Virus record (IMG/VR): IMGVR_UViG_3300037067_008629
Span: 22,078-86,077 of that record
Direction: 5' to 3' (one strand)
Source of the DNA: a virus
Taxonomy: Duplodnaviria > Heunggongvirae > Uroviricota > Caudoviricetes
Length of the DNA: 64,000 bases
Part shown: positions 43,736 to 54,818 of the stretch, in pieces
How the letters are laid out: every line of letters starts with the position of its first letter
Position numbering within the stretch: the stretch's first letter is position 1
Made by a program: the position numbers and the translations under genes
Notes under the pieces: generated by a model
Seen by the model: only the letters and a program-made list of their open reading frames with translations
Database searches by the model: none
Told to the model about the DNA's origin: nothing

Positions 43736-46483
43736 ATGTCAAATCCTAAACCCTCAACTGTTATTCATGCTTGTCTAACACAAGATAACGGTCTGAGGCA
43801 TAATGAACAAAGAATTGCAAATTGGTACAACCATGAAATGGAAGTCCAAATTATGGTTGCACAAGGTGCAGGGGAATCTGTCGAAGGTAAATTAGGTGTT
43901 TATACTGACGGGTTAAATACATGGTATAATTTACGTATACCTAAGAACGCTAATACTGATCCAATTGATAATGACTATGAAATAAAATATGCTTTAGAAC
44001 AACATGCTGAAGCTGTTGGTATGACAGGATGGAATTGGAAAAAGCGGTGCTCTGTTAGAGTTGGTTTTGATTTTGATTCTATTACATGCCATGCAAAGGG
44101 GGTTGGGGTTAGTGACGAGCAACTAAATGAAATTCGGGATAAACTGATGGAAGTTCCCGAAGCATTGGTGTTGCGTAGTACTAGTGGCACAGGCTTGCAT
44201 TTATATTTGGAATTTGATCCAGATAACCTACCAGTTACATTGAATCATACTGAACATGCAGCAATGGCTATTGCATGTCTGAAGGTTATATCACATCGCG
44301 TTGGTTTTGATTTTCAAGCTGGTGTGGATGTTGGTGGTGGCAATATGTGGATTTGGCACCAAAAAATGACTCCTGAAAATCGTGGGTTAACTATTCTAAA
44401 AGACAATATTCATTCAGATGGTACACGCGCATATATGGCTGTACCTGAGAATTGGAAATTATATATGGATGTGGCCACACGAAAAAGACAGAAAATTAAA
44501 ATAGAAGGAGTACCAGATGATGAGCAAGATGCAGTATCAGATAAAGCTGCTGCCCAAAAGGCAATCCCCTTAACTGATACACATAAACAAATTATCACTG
44601 GACTCCAACAGGTTTGCCCAAATTTCTCGACTGTTTGGATTCCAGACCATCATTTATTGCAAACGCATACCTGTGCTTTAAAACTTTATTTTAATCACTG
44701 TGAAAATACTGGTAATTCTCTCATTGGTGTTTTTAATACTCTAAGTGAGGGACGTGATCCTAGTAAACCAAATTGTTTTTGTTTCCCATTAGCAAATGGT
44801 GGCTTTAGAGTTGTGAGATTTGGAAAGGGGACTAAAGAACATGATTCCTGGCAAATGGATCGTGGAGGTTGGTCTTATACTTACTATAATCAAGCAATGA
44901 ACTTTTTTCGTGCCGCCACCGCGTATGAAGGTCTTGAAGATGATAGGTCAGGATTCACCTTCACTGACGCTGATTCAGCTATTAGCGCTGTACAAGCAAT
45001 GGGACATCAAATTGAGATACCCGATGAATTAGCTGATCGAGCAGTTACCCTACGTCCGCACAAAGGTGGCAAATTACTAGTAGAAATTGAAAGTATAAAA
45101 ACTGACAAAGAACTTGAAATTATAGGTTGGATTAAGAAAAGTAGAAAATGGATTAAGGTTTACAACATTAAGATACTAGAAGACCCTAATACTACAATTG
45201 ACTTTGAAGATGTTGATAATAATGTACGTGCTGTAATTACTACAGACCATTTATTATCTGGTTGGCATTTAAGACATGAACAAGGTATGTGGATGCAACT
45301 TGGAAAAGATGATGCAAGATCAAAGTTAAAGTCTATTGGATATGAAACTACTACAGAGGCTATACTTGGACAAGTGATTTCAAAAGCATGGATTCGTGTA
45401 AATTTACCATTTCGAGAAGAATATCCTGGAAATCGTCAATGGAATCTAAATGCGGCACAGTTACGTTTCGATCCTGCTACAGATATTGATAATGACGGGG
45501 AGTCATTGCACCCACATTGGGATATGATATTGACACATATTGGAAGAGAATTAGATGAATATCTTCCTGAATTGCCTTGGGCTAAACGTAATGGTATTCG
45601 TACAGGTAAGGACTATTTGACTTTATGGATAGCTTGTATGATAAGAGAACCATTTGAACCACTACCATATTTATTTTTATATGGTCTTGAAGAGACTGGT
45701 AAATCTATTCTACATGAAGCAATTTCTCTTTTAATGACAAAAGGAGTAATGCGTGCAGATACAGCTTTAACCAATCAAAGTGATTTTAATGGTGAATTAG
45801 ATGGTGCTATTCTATGCGTAGTTGAAGAAAAAAATATTACTAAAGCAGGAACGTCTGTTCGGAATAAAATTAAAGACTGGGTAACTTCTCCGACTATCTC
45901 TATACATGCAAAACATAAGCAAGTATGCCAACAACGTAATTCAACACATTGGATTCAATGCTCTAATGATAAAAGTAGTTGCCCTATTTTTACAGGTGAC
46001 ACTAGAATAACTATGATTAATGTGGCAGAATTAATGCCAGGGTCAGAAGTACCAAAACTAGTGTTACTTTCTAAACTCGAAGAAGAGGCACCTTATTTTT
46101 TGGCTACAATTTTAAATGCTACACTGCCTGATTTAGAACACCGGATGCGACTACCAATAGTTGTAACCAGCAATAAAGAACAGATGGCTGATTCAAATCA
46201 AACATTATTAGAAGAATTTTTGGAAACAAAGTGTTTTTATGTTCCTGGATCATGTGTTCTTTTTACAGATTTTTATAATGAATTTATGGCAACTATTCCA
46301 GATAAAGATAAACAATCAGAATGGGATAGACAAAAGATTCAAGGAGCTTTGCCAGGAAAATATCCCTCGGGATTTTATACGGGAAATGCTAGGTATATTG
46401 GTAATATTTCTTTTGTACCAACTGAAGCCCAGCCATTTACTTTTATATGTAGAGATAAAAAGCTAGTAATTAAAGAGACTTGA
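43736..46483 (+). CDS. primase-polymerase (AEP) / SF3 helicase replication protein
   Basis: AEP motifs VGFDFDS (DxD) and STSGTGLHLYLEF (sGxGxH). C-terminal SF3/D5-like helicase with Walker A GLEETGKS and Walker B ILCVVEEK. The track start at 43724 is a TTG; the ATG at 43736 has a GGAGA upstream. Confidence 0.65.
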   Translation: MSNPKPSTVIHACLTQDNGLRHNEQRIANWYNHEMEVQIMVAQGAGESVEGKLGVYTDGLNTWYNLRIPKNANTDPIDNDYEIKYALEQHAEAVGMTGWNWKKRCSVRVGFDFDSITCHAKGVGVSDEQLNEIRDKLMEVPEALVLRSTSGTGLHLYLEFDPDNLPVTLNHTEHAAMAIACLKVISHRVGFDFQAGVDVGGGNMWIWHQKMTPENRGLTILKDNIHSDGTRAYMAVPENWKLYMDVATRKRQKIKIEGVPDDEQDAVSDKAAAQKAIPLTDTHKQIITGLQQVCPNFSTVWIPDHHLLQTHTCALKLYFNHCENTGNSLIGVFNTLSEGRDPSKPNCFCFPLANGGFRVVRFGKGTKEHDSWQMDRGGWSYTYYNQAMNFFRAATAYEGLEDDRSGFTFTDADSAISAVQAMGHQIEIPDELADRAVTLRPHKGGKLLVEIESIKTDKELEIIGWIKKSRKWIKVYNIKILEDPNTTIDFEDVDNNVRAVITTDHLLSGWHLRHEQGMWMQLGKDDARSKLKSIGYETTTEAILGQVISKAWIRVNLPFREEYPGNRQWNLNAAQLRFDPATDIDNDGESLHPHWDMILTHIGRELDEYLPELPWAKRNGIRTGKDYLTLWIACMIREPFEPLPYLFLYGLEETGKSILHEAISLLMTKGVMRADTALTNQSDFNGELDGAILCVVEEKNITKAGTSVRNKIKDWVTSPTISIHAKHKQVCQQRNSTHWIQCSNDKSSCPIFTGDTRITMINVAELMPGSEVPKLVLLSKLEEEAPYFLATILNATLPDLEHRMRLPIVVTSNKEQMADSNQTLLEEFLETKCFYVPGSCVLFTDFYNEFMATIPDKDKQSEWDRQKIQGALPGKYPSGFYTGNARYIGNISFVPTEAQPFTFICRDKKLVIKET

Positions 46484-46698
46484 GGTTAGATATGGACAAC
46501 ATAATAAGAGTCTATAGGTATTCGGATCAGTATAAAGACCGTGCATACCCTGTGGCTGACATTAGGATATCAGGTCCAATTTGTGGTAATCCTGTCAAAT
46601 TTGCGCGAAAACATGGTGGAGATTTTATTGAAGTGCTTTCGCTCGAAGATATGGATGTAGATGATTTAGCAACATTTGAAATAATAAATGGTATGTAA
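46480..46698 (+). CDS. hypothetical protein
   Basis: 72-aa ORF coupled to the primase stop. Confidence 0.35.
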   Translation: MRLDMDNIIRVYRYSDQYKDRAYPVADIRISGPICGNPVKFARKHGGDFIEVLSLEDMDVDDLATFEIINGM

Positions 46699-46733
46699 AT
46701 TGCAGTAATTCAAGTTAGATTAAGGAGTATTAT

Positions 46734-47246
46734 ATGCTAAAAAAACCAGATTATGATCATTTTAAAGATTCCGGTGCTCGCTCACAATTTAATACTGGAG
46801 CAGTTCGGGATGCTCAAGGAGGGAAGGGTAGAATGGATTTGTTACCATTTAGAGCAATTTTTGAAGTTGCAAAAGTTTTAGAGGGTGGGGCAAAAAAATA
46901 TGACTCCCGTAACTGGGAAAAGGGTATCCCTCTATCTAGGTATGCAGATAGCGGTTTAAGACATATGGGTAAATATTTACGGGGGGATCGAGATGAGCCA
47001 CACGATGCTATGGCTTGTTGGAATTTTCTTTGTTTAATTGAAACTCGAATGCGTATTGAAGAGGGGTTATTACCAGCAGAATTAAATGATTTACCTTGGA
47101 ATCCTCTTGAACTTTTAGATAATCCATTAAATATTGAACCTACTGACCCAAATAGTGAATTAGTCAAGCCTGAACGACGTAAATCATACCAAAAAACTAT
47201 TAAAGGGTCCAAAAGAAAGTGTACAACGACGAAAAACAAAAAATAA
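46734..47246 (+). CDS. hypothetical protein (possibly nucleotide pyrophosphohydrolase-like)
   Basis: 170 aa. The EVAKVLEGGAKKYDSRNWEKG region has a weak resemblance to all-alpha NTP-PPase families. I could not confirm this. Confidence 0.3.
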   Translation: MLKKPDYDHFKDSGARSQFNTGAVRDAQGGKGRMDLLPFRAIFEVAKVLEGGAKKYDSRNWEKGIPLSRYADSGLRHMGKYLRGDRDEPHDAMACWNFLCLIETRMRIEEGLLPAELNDLPWNPLELLDNPLNIEPTDPNSELVKPERRKSYQKTIKGSKRKCTTTKNKK

Positions 47247-47457
47247 GAAAATTAATTGCAGGCTCGCATGCTGATTTTCTTAGTTTTTTGATCTCATTAC
47301 CTAATCCTATTGTTGTAGGAAATGAATATCCACGTACAAAAATACTACAGGCGTTTAATAGGTGGGCTAAAAGTAGAAATTTTGACACAGATGATGCTAC
47401 TATAGCAAATTGGAGAGAAGTCTGTAGCAATGGCCAGATGAAGAAAAGGGATTAATA

Positions 47458-48075
47458 ATGCCTACATACCATACAGGTTTAGCACATCTTAACGGTAATA
47501 TAATGTGTGCGATTGATGTTGAGACAACAGGCCGAATGGCGGGATACCATGAAATTATTCAAATTGCTGTGCAGCCTCTAGATTCAATGCTAGAGCCCAT
47601 GAAAGATATTAGGCCATTCTATACTACAATCGCACCTGAATACCCAGAGCGAGCTGAAGGGGAAGCGCAAGCAGTCCATGGTTTAAATTTGCAAGAACTA
47701 AAGGAAACTTCGTTAGACCAATGGCGTGTGGCCGATTTATTTGATGAGTGGCTAGAAGGATTAAATTTACCTTATAGAAAATCACTTGTACCATTAGCTC
47801 ATAATTGGGCTTTTGAAGCTGGATTTTTGAAATCATGGCTAGGTATAGATAGTATGAATGAGATTTTTCATCCACACCCACGAGATTCAATGTTATTAGC
47901 TATTTCTATCAATGATAGATCAGTAATGCAGGGTGAATTACCTATATACCCCTCAGTATCATTGACGGCAATGTGTAAACAATTAGGAATACAAGTAATA
48001 CATGCCCACGATGCTTTATCAGATGCATTAGCAGAAGCTAAAGTATATCAAACTCTTTTAAGATTATCACTATGA
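47458..48075 (+). CDS. DnaQ-like 3'-5' exonuclease (DEDDh)
   Basis: Exo I is CAIDVETTG, Exo II is HNWAFEAGFL, and Exo III is HAHDALSDA. Confidence 0.65.
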   Translation: MPTYHTGLAHLNGNIMCAIDVETTGRMAGYHEIIQIAVQPLDSMLEPMKDIRPFYTTIAPEYPERAEGEAQAVHGLNLQELKETSLDQWRVADLFDEWLEGLNLPYRKSLVPLAHNWAFEAGFLKSWLGIDSMNEIFHPHPRDSMLLAISINDRSVMQGELPIYPSVSLTAMCKQLGIQVIHAHDALSDALAEAKVYQTLLRLSL

Positions 48076-48254
48076 AACGATATCAAATATCTGTGTTTAG
48101 AACAACACAAACAGGTGATATTTTAATCACCTGTATAAAAGCTAGTTGGCTCCCGGATGATAATGAGAAATTTGCTTGGGAACTTGGAGGAGATCGGCTT
48201 GAGATTATTGAGATTGAATCCCCCATATCTATTAATATCCCTCCGCAGAATTAA
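48072..48254 (+). CDS. small hypothetical protein
   Basis: 60-aa ORF. It is the last plus-strand gene and converges with 48232..48792. Confidence 0.3.
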   Translation: MKRYQISVFRTTQTGDILITCIKASWLPDDNEKFAWELGGDRLEIIEIESPISINIPPQN

Positions 48255-48792
48255 GACACGGGGGTTTTTCTGCTCCCATGAGTTTATATATGCGACAAGG
48301 AGCAAAGTCTGTAAAACAGCATCTTTGAACATAGATTCCATATTGTCGTAGTTGTTTACGACAAGCCTGAGTTAGTTCTTCTTCTACCTTGTCAGTTAAA
48401 TGCTGCAACAAGTCGCTTAAATTCCATTTTGTGATGACGCTGACTATCGCGGCTCCTGAAATGTCATTAACTGTTGTACCAACATCCCAGTTACGCTCGC
48501 CAATCGCCTGCATAACATCCTTGACTGAAAAAACAATCAAGGCTCCAGCTACAACTTGTTGCTTATCACTTGTCACTAATGCTTGATTAGGAAGATTATT
48601 AGTTTGTCTCGCAGTGACAATCACTTCCCACTCAGTTGTTAGTGGCCATATCCAATGCCAGCCTGGGCCCATTTTTTTAACATATCGACCCCATCTCCAT
48701 TTTACACCACCATGAGTAGCTCTAATAATAATAGGATGTGGTATAAATTTAAGTAATGCATTAAAAATATCTGAGAGCCATGAAAAATCCAT
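48232..48792 (-). CDS. SPFH/band-7-like domain protein
   Basis: The central region (IIRATHGGVKWRWGRY...VVAGALIVFSVKDVMQAI) resembles the prohibitin/stomatin fold. No database check was possible. Confidence 0.35.
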   Translation of the reverse strand: MDFSWLSDIFNALLKFIPHPIIIRATHGGVKWRWGRYVKKMGPGWHWIWPLTTEWEVIVTARQTNNLPNQALVTSDKQQVVAGALIVFSVKDVMQAIGERNWDVGTTVNDISGAAIVSVITKWNLSDLLQHLTDKVEEELTQACRKQLRQYGIYVQRCCFTDFAPCRIYKLMGAEKPPCLNSAEGY

Positions 48793-48802
48793 AAAATATC
48801 CT

Positions 48803-49297
48803 TTAGCTAGATTTTAACCAAGCTGTTCCAGCACCCCATATATCGCCAGCCTCATCAAATTGAAAATCAAATTCTTTATCAGGGTGGGCATCACTCCAAA
48901 TCCAAATATCACTTTTTAGACACAACCTGTTATTATTAGTATCAAAATGTAAGAGGTCACTTAGGTAAGCAATGGCCTCTTCACTTGCATTTATACTATC
49001 GCGGACCTTAGTTTTACTTAAATCTAATACAAGTCCATCACCTACCAAAGGTATAGTTTTAACCCCTGGATAAGGCGTTTGGACGGGGGCTTGTATTGGT
49101 GAGTTTATTGGATTGGGTGTCGAGATAACCTCACCGCTTCTATTTACATTTCCAATGGTTTTTGCTATAAAATTAACATCAGATGGATGTCTATCTCCTG
49201 TGTCATGGTTACGAATATCGACTGTTTTTTTTCGTGAGACACTAGAATTTCCAGTCGATAAAAATTGATCCTCAGGTCCTAAAGTATCTACTATCAT
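48803..49297 (-). CDS. tail/virion structural protein, putative
   Basis: Last gene of the tail module, position-based call. Confidence 0.3.
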   Translation of the reverse strand: MIVDTLGPEDQFLSTGNSSVSRKKTVDIRNHDTGDRHPSDVNFIAKTIGNVNRSGEVISTPNPINSPIQAPVQTPYPGVKTIPLVGDGLVLDLSKTKVRDSINASEEAIAYLSDLLHFDTNNNRLCLKSDIWIWSDAHPDKEFDFQFDEAGDIWGAGTAWLKSS

Positions 49298-51588
49298 AAT
49301 GGTAGGTCTCCAATTGCATCTTCACCTATCCAAGCACCACCAGAGTGGCCCCAATGCACTTCATAATCAGTAGGGTATATCCATTCAGATGAAACATCTG
49401 CTGGCCAAGCAAAATCATAAGGGGTTAAAGTACCAAATTTAATCGGCAACCAGCATTCAAGATCAATTAATTGATCGGTTGAATTAAAATTTGCTTTTTT
49501 AACAATACCTTTTACTGGTCCTGTAGCAATATAACTTTTTTCAAAATTTAATGTGATACAGTCTAGAGTTTCAATATTTAATTTATGAAGAAAGGTTCTT
49601 AGATTAATTTGTTTCCAAGTATTTGATTTTCGGATTAACCAAAATGTAGCCGCTTTTAAAATAATATCTGGCTGATTATAAATATAAAATTCCGTAGTTT
49701 CTTCGTGTACACCATAATACCCAACATTATGTCTTAGTATAAGTCGATTAAGTTTATCATGAGCATAAGAAATTCTCCACTCAATAACCATTTTGGTCAC
49801 TAAATCTTCTGTAGCTGACCCACTGACAGAAATGCTATTAACTTCTACATCACTTTCAACTAATATATTACTTGACTCTGGTTCTTCGGCTAAATAAGTT
49901 AAATAAAATATACCATTTATTAATCTGAGACTGCAACGAGCTTGGAAGGCTATCTCCTGTAAAACTGTTATGACATTTTTACGATCAAGTATAGCAAAAT
50001 TAGCGGGAAAGGGTTCTAATCGAATACGTACATGATCAAAAGAAGTTGAATCAATAGCAAATTCTGTATAGGTATCAATGATGTATTCTAAAATATCAAC
50101 AACATTCGGTCCAACAGTTGATTCAAAGGTAACATAAATGTCATCACCCCAGTTTTGACCACCAATGGTGCTCAAAGTCTTATAAAAAACAACTTGAACA
50201 GCAGTAATTGAACCATATACTTTAGTTTCAGTATAGTAGTAGTTTGTCGGAACATCTACTAAATGTTTTACACCATTAAAGGTTTTAAATGCTTTTACTG
50301 ATAATACAGTTCCAGGAACAATACTAACAATATATGTTATAGGCTCGTTACCATATAGTGTAACAGATGATCCAGCATCGGCCCAAAAATGTTTGGGAGA
50401 AACAGGTGCGGCTTGAGAAACAGATACTCCAGCTGAATAAATTGTACCCTCTGTACGAATATAACATTGATCTCCAAAATCTCCTTTGCCACATGGTACT
50501 CTTGAGTAAAAATTAAATTCGCCGCCTGGACCAGGAGCAGTTGCACCACTAGCCTGTGCTTCTGCTACTTCATTATTGTATGCTGCTAAATTTTCAGGGT
50601 GATTTCGACTCACAATCGTAAATAAATCATCATTTACTCCCACAGTATTACCAAAATATCCTGTAAATAATCCACCATTAATATCAAGTGTAATCATATT
50701 ACGTGGAAAATCTTGTCCACCCAAAATACGAACAGGATTGGTTCCCAAACCTAGACTCAGAACCTCTGCAATTCTATCAGCCGCAGCTTGATTTTGTGAA
50801 GAAACAGAATCTGCTATGCCTTCTAATGCAGTGTTTATTGAAGCATCTAATTGTGATCGTTGGTCATTATATTTCTCATACTCATTATCATCCGTACCAA
50901 GCCAACAACTAGCAACAAGGCTAACGTGTCCTTTTTGAATCTGTTGTATTGCTAGACCACTAGTATCTGCCTCAATCGGTGGGTTATAAAATGTACTGCC
51001 ACTAAGAATTCCTAGACCAGCAAGAGACGTACCATGTGTTGCACTTCCTATTGCCACACATGGTACATCGAGCGGCGTACCAAAACAAGAGGGCCAAGCC
51101 TGTCCAATTAATTCAACTGGAATATAAGGAAATTGACCCTCTTCGGGAGAGAAACCAAACTCTTTATCCTCAATTTGGGATACAATAGAAAAACTAACTG
51201 TTTGTTCACCTTCATTCCATATAATTGGTGAATTTATTTTGCCACAAAATAGTAAAAACTTGTCTGTTAGTGCCAAGCCCTCAAACCATTGCCAAACACG
51301 TACATCACGCTTATGGATATCAGTCGAGTCTAAAATGGCTTTTAATGTACCGTCTGTATCATCAAATGTTATTTGAATTTCTTGTGAATCATTATTATCA
51401 GTAATAGCCACTACATCATCTAAGTCACTTAGTTCTAAGATTTTTCCCTTAACTCCTCCGACAATATCTCTATCAGCGTATGATTGCCAACCACCATCAC
51501 GAATCCATTGTATCTCAACAATAACAACAGGCTCATTACCAAGACGTGTTTGTAATTTTGCTAAGGCTGAAGTAGATAAAGTTCTCAT
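49294..51588 (-). CDS. large tail tip/fiber-like structural protein
   Basis: 764 aa, Gly/Ser/Thr-rich, lying downstream of the tape-measure and baseplate-like genes. Confidence 0.4.
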   Translation of the reverse strand: MRTLSTSALAKLQTRLGNEPVVIVEIQWIRDGGWQSYADRDIVGGVKGKILELSDLDDVVAITDNNDSQEIQITFDDTDGTLKAILDSTDIHKRDVRVWQWFEGLALTDKFLLFCGKINSPIIWNEGEQTVSFSIVSQIEDKEFGFSPEEGQFPYIPVELIGQAWPSCFGTPLDVPCVAIGSATHGTSLAGLGILSGSTFYNPPIEADTSGLAIQQIQKGHVSLVASCWLGTDDNEYEKYNDQRSQLDASINTALEGIADSVSSQNQAAADRIAEVLSLGLGTNPVRILGGQDFPRNMITLDINGGLFTGYFGNTVGVNDDLFTIVSRNHPENLAAYNNEVAEAQASGATAPGPGGEFNFYSRVPCGKGDFGDQCYIRTEGTIYSAGVSVSQAAPVSPKHFWADAGSSVTLYGNEPITYIVSIVPGTVLSVKAFKTFNGVKHLVDVPTNYYYTETKVYGSITAVQVVFYKTLSTIGGQNWGDDIYVTFESTVGPNVVDILEYIIDTYTEFAIDSTSFDHVRIRLEPFPANFAILDRKNVITVLQEIAFQARCSLRLINGIFYLTYLAEEPESSNILVESDVEVNSISVSGSATEDLVTKMVIEWRISYAHDKLNRLILRHNVGYYGVHEETTEFYIYNQPDIILKAATFWLIRKSNTWKQINLRTFLHKLNIETLDCITLNFEKSYIATGPVKGIVKKANFNSTDQLIDLECWLPIKFGTLTPYDFAWPADVSSEWIYPTDYEVHWGHSGGAWIGEDAIGDLPL

Positions 51589-51971
51589 ACTAATATACCT
51601 TCAAATTCAAGGTCCACAGCCACCAATTCATTTCCACCACCTGGAGTTCCACGTTTAGATGTATTAAATTCTACTGGATTACTTGTAATATAACCTGTCC
51701 ATGTTCTATTTAGATGGTCCACTATTTTAATTTGTTGGGATATATACATTAATAAAAATCTATTTAATTCAATAGATTTTAAGCGAGTCATAGTAAAAGA
51801 CATCAATAATTTTCTACGCAAACCTTTTGTCTTTACATAAGTATATAAAGTACCATCCATTGCACGCTTGGGATTCATTTCAATAGCTAGAGATTCACTG
51901 TCGCCAAATTTAGGATTAGGTAAATAGATACGACAGTCAGCAGCTGGCCATGGGGCTGTAATTTCAAACAT
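51585..51971 (-). CDS. tail structural protein, putative
   Basis: 128 aa, coupled within the tail operon. Confidence 0.3.
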   Translation of the reverse strand: MFEITAPWPAADCRIYLPNPKFGDSESLAIEMNPKRAMDGTLYTYVKTKGLRRKLLMSFTMTRLKSIELNRFLLMYISQQIKIVDHLNRTWTGYITSNPVEFNTSKRGTPGGGNELVAVDLEFEGILV

Positions 51972-53725
51972 TAAACCAACTCATATTCAAGTGTTTGGGT
52001 TAGCCAAGTTGGAGAGTCAAAATTGTTAGATCGAACAGACTGTTGTGATGCAGTGTCTATAAATGTCATGTCATTTGTATTTCTACCTCTAGTTATAGAC
52101 CGTGTGATTTCAAAATCCAAATTAATGGATAGATTTTCTCGACTATTACGAACTAATGTCTCATTTGGTGTCATAGTGATGACTCGCCACCAATTCCCTT
52201 CCCAATCTATTAGACCAATTTCTTGTCCAAGCGTAGTATAGACAAAAGTTAATAATGCTTGTCCTTCTACTTCAGTTAATCCAGAAAAACTAAGAACAAG
52301 TTGTTCATTTTTTGGCCACATTGGATCAGACCAGACAATTAAAGTACCACCACGAGTTTCACGTTTAATTCTTTGAAATTCAAGTCTATTACGATTACCT
52401 AAATCTGGTCCACGTAAAGTTATGGTAGTAGTTGGAGATATCCAAGGATAGAATAAAGTAACGCCAGCAGCATTGGCATCAAGAATCGGGATATTCTTTA
52501 AAAAGTTTTGTGGTGCATTTGGATCAGTTGTTCCACCAGTAAATGGGGCATAATCACACAATGAAAATATATCTTTTGTAGCAAAGAAAGAAGAAATAAA
52601 TTCTAGTTCATTAGAAGTAGATAAATTAAGAATTTTATTTAAAGTCGCTTCGCTATTTAGTTCGATTTCTGTACCTGGAAATGTATATTTTGTGTCTGCA
52701 TATGCAGTAAAACTAAGGGTAGAATTAGCATCAGCATAAATTGGTACAGGGATGATGGTAGCAAATGCTATATTATTTGTTGCATTTACATCAATCGCCC
52801 CTACTTTTAAAAGTGCTTTCTTTGCTGTCTGCGATGTCCAGACTGGAGATATTGCAGATCGACCGATTATTTTTTCTACTGTAGCAGAATCTTGTAATCC
52901 CGCTACAACATTAATTTCGTATCCATTTGCGTCATAGCCAACTGTATCCCACTGAACTTCAGTTTCAGCATTTAAGTTCCAAGGTCGAGTTACATACTCT
53001 GCATCTTCTAATTCAAGTTCATTGTCAACAACTAAACTTTTAGCACTATTGTATGGAGATTGGGTAAAGGCAAGTGTTTGTGCAACCGCAATTTTGATTG
53101 GATTTACGCGAACTGTTTGTACCAAAGTAACAGGTTGCAAAAATGACGCTACTGTGATTCCTTTTTCAAGTGTCTGACTTAATGTTAATATGTTTCCAAC
53201 TATTTTATATATATTACCCGTTGCTATACCTGTAAAATCAATTTCACTAGTTATAGCACGTACCTTCTCCTGTAAATCCGCAAATTGTGAAAATTCAATT
53301 ATGTTTGAACTAGCTAAATTTCGATCGCCACCCAAACTAATAATTTGTGTAAAATCAATATTAGAAGTCGCTGATTCTTGGTATAATTCAGGGATTCTAA
53401 TTGAACTTTCAAATGTAATATCTGATGTTACAGTTAGCCATTTAGGGCCAATATACGAAGCGACTGTGGTAAAAGCTACTGGTTGATCTCCATCTATAGA
53501 ATGGGGATATCCACCTAATGCCATAGCGAATGCAATAGTTTGTGTAACGTACAACCGATTTGGCGTCTGTGCAATGGTAGTAAAATCTAAACTATTATCC
53601 GCATCTGCAAGAAGAATAGCTTCAGGCGCAGCCAAGACCTCAATATATTGGTCAGTCACTCTAAGAGTGCCACCATTACCTGGGCCTAGAACTTCGATTA
53701 GTTGATTTGTAGCTCTTAATGCCAT
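51971..53725 (-). CDS. tail-associated structural protein (Tal/baseplate-like), putative
   Basis: 584 aa, positioned two genes after the tape-measure protein. Confidence 0.35.
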   Translation of the reverse strand: MALRATNQLIEVLGPGNGGTLRVTDQYIEVLAAPEAILLADADNSLDFTTIAQTPNRLYVTQTIAFAMALGGYPHSIDGDQPVAFTTVASYIGPKWLTVTSDITFESSIRIPELYQESATSNIDFTQIISLGGDRNLASSNIIEFSQFADLQEKVRAITSEIDFTGIATGNIYKIVGNILTLSQTLEKGITVASFLQPVTLVQTVRVNPIKIAVAQTLAFTQSPYNSAKSLVVDNELELEDAEYVTRPWNLNAETEVQWDTVGYDANGYEINVVAGLQDSATVEKIIGRSAISPVWTSQTAKKALLKVGAIDVNATNNIAFATIIPVPIYADANSTLSFTAYADTKYTFPGTEIELNSEATLNKILNLSTSNELEFISSFFATKDIFSLCDYAPFTGGTTDPNAPQNFLKNIPILDANAAGVTLFYPWISPTTTITLRGPDLGNRNRLEFQRIKRETRGGTLIVWSDPMWPKNEQLVLSFSGLTEVEGQALLTFVYTTLGQEIGLIDWEGNWWRVITMTPNETLVRNSRENLSINLDFEITRSITRGRNTNDMTFIDTASQQSVRSNNFDSPTWLTQTLEYELV

Positions 53726-53726
53726 A

Positions 53727-54767
53727 CTAGTTTACTTTAATTCCAAATTCTGAGGAATCAATATTAGCAATTGTCCATGCATTACCAGTCGGATCAGTTT
53801 CCATCAAGCGTATTTTGGTAACATAATTTGTTGTTCCCAGAACAGCGGCTGAACTATCACTTTCAGTAGCACCTAATTTTGCTACTGTTACTAAACTAAA
53901 ACTATTTGCGTCAGTCTCTCGGCACACTGTATTGATTTGAAGTCCTTTTATACTATCTGCTAAGTCTGCTATTGCATCATAGGTATATAAATCTTTTGTA
54001 GTTGAGACTGCGCTTTCAACATACCCAGTATCATCATCACAGATATTTTCGTTTACTAAATCAAAGTTTTCAGCCCCAGCACTTCTTGTCCAAGCATTAG
54101 CCACTGTATCTCCATCAGGTCGAATTGCTATTACTCGCATGTTTCCTAGAAAATCATTATTTACGGCACCTGATCCGTCTAAACAGTATAGATCGTCGAA
54201 AGTAATTGCATAAGAACTTGATGCAGAAGAAGACACTCTAAATCTATCGTGATAAGCATTTGTCCCAGCTTGCGTATCAACACCACTATCACTGGCAACA
54301 TTTATTCCTCCTACTCGTAATTCATAACTACCTGTTGTATTATTACAAGTGACTTTAAATTCAATATAATACCAAGTGTCAGCAACAACCGCTAAACCTA
54401 CAGTAGTTTCTAATAATGTTAGACTTCTATATATCGAAATCTCACCACCAGCTGTAAGTTTTAGACTCATACCAAATGTTTCGCCATTGTATAAACTTAG
54501 AAATGTAGTGCTCCCCAAAGCCTTAAATTTTATAGCAAACCCAACAATTATTGTAGCATCAGTTGTCAGCGCGGGTGATTGTACATAGGAACCTGTATAA
54601 TCTAGTTGAAGACTATAACCACCCAAACGGCCAGTTTCAATGTTCCAATTTGATTCCTGCCCGTCTGTAGTATATTTTCTTGCTACAATTCCAGCAGGAG
54701 ACGGAGCATTGCCTGCACTAGTCCCAAAGCCTTCACAACCTTCGATCCAAAGTAAAGCCATAATCAA
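53727..54767 (-). CDS. tail structural protein, putative
   Basis: 346 aa, Thr/Ser-rich and beta-rich. Confidence 0.35.
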   Translation of the reverse strand: MIMALLWIEGCEGFGTSAGNAPSPAGIVARKYTTDGQESNWNIETGRLGGYSLQLDYTGSYVQSPALTTDATIIVGFAIKFKALGSTTFLSLYNGETFGMSLKLTAGGEISIYRSLTLLETTVGLAVVADTWYYIEFKVTCNNTTGSYELRVGGINVASDSGVDTQAGTNAYHDRFRVSSSASSSYAITFDDLYCLDGSGAVNNDFLGNMRVIAIRPDGDTVANAWTRSAGAENFDLVNENICDDDTGYVESAVSTTKDLYTYDAIADLADSIKGLQINTVCRETDANSFSLVTVAKLGATESDSSAAVLGTTNYVTKIRLMETDPTGNAWTIANIDSSEFGIKVN

Positions 54768-54818
54768 ACTCCTAAAATAGCTAAGGGGCTCATAACGAGC
54801 CCCTTAGATGCATTAACA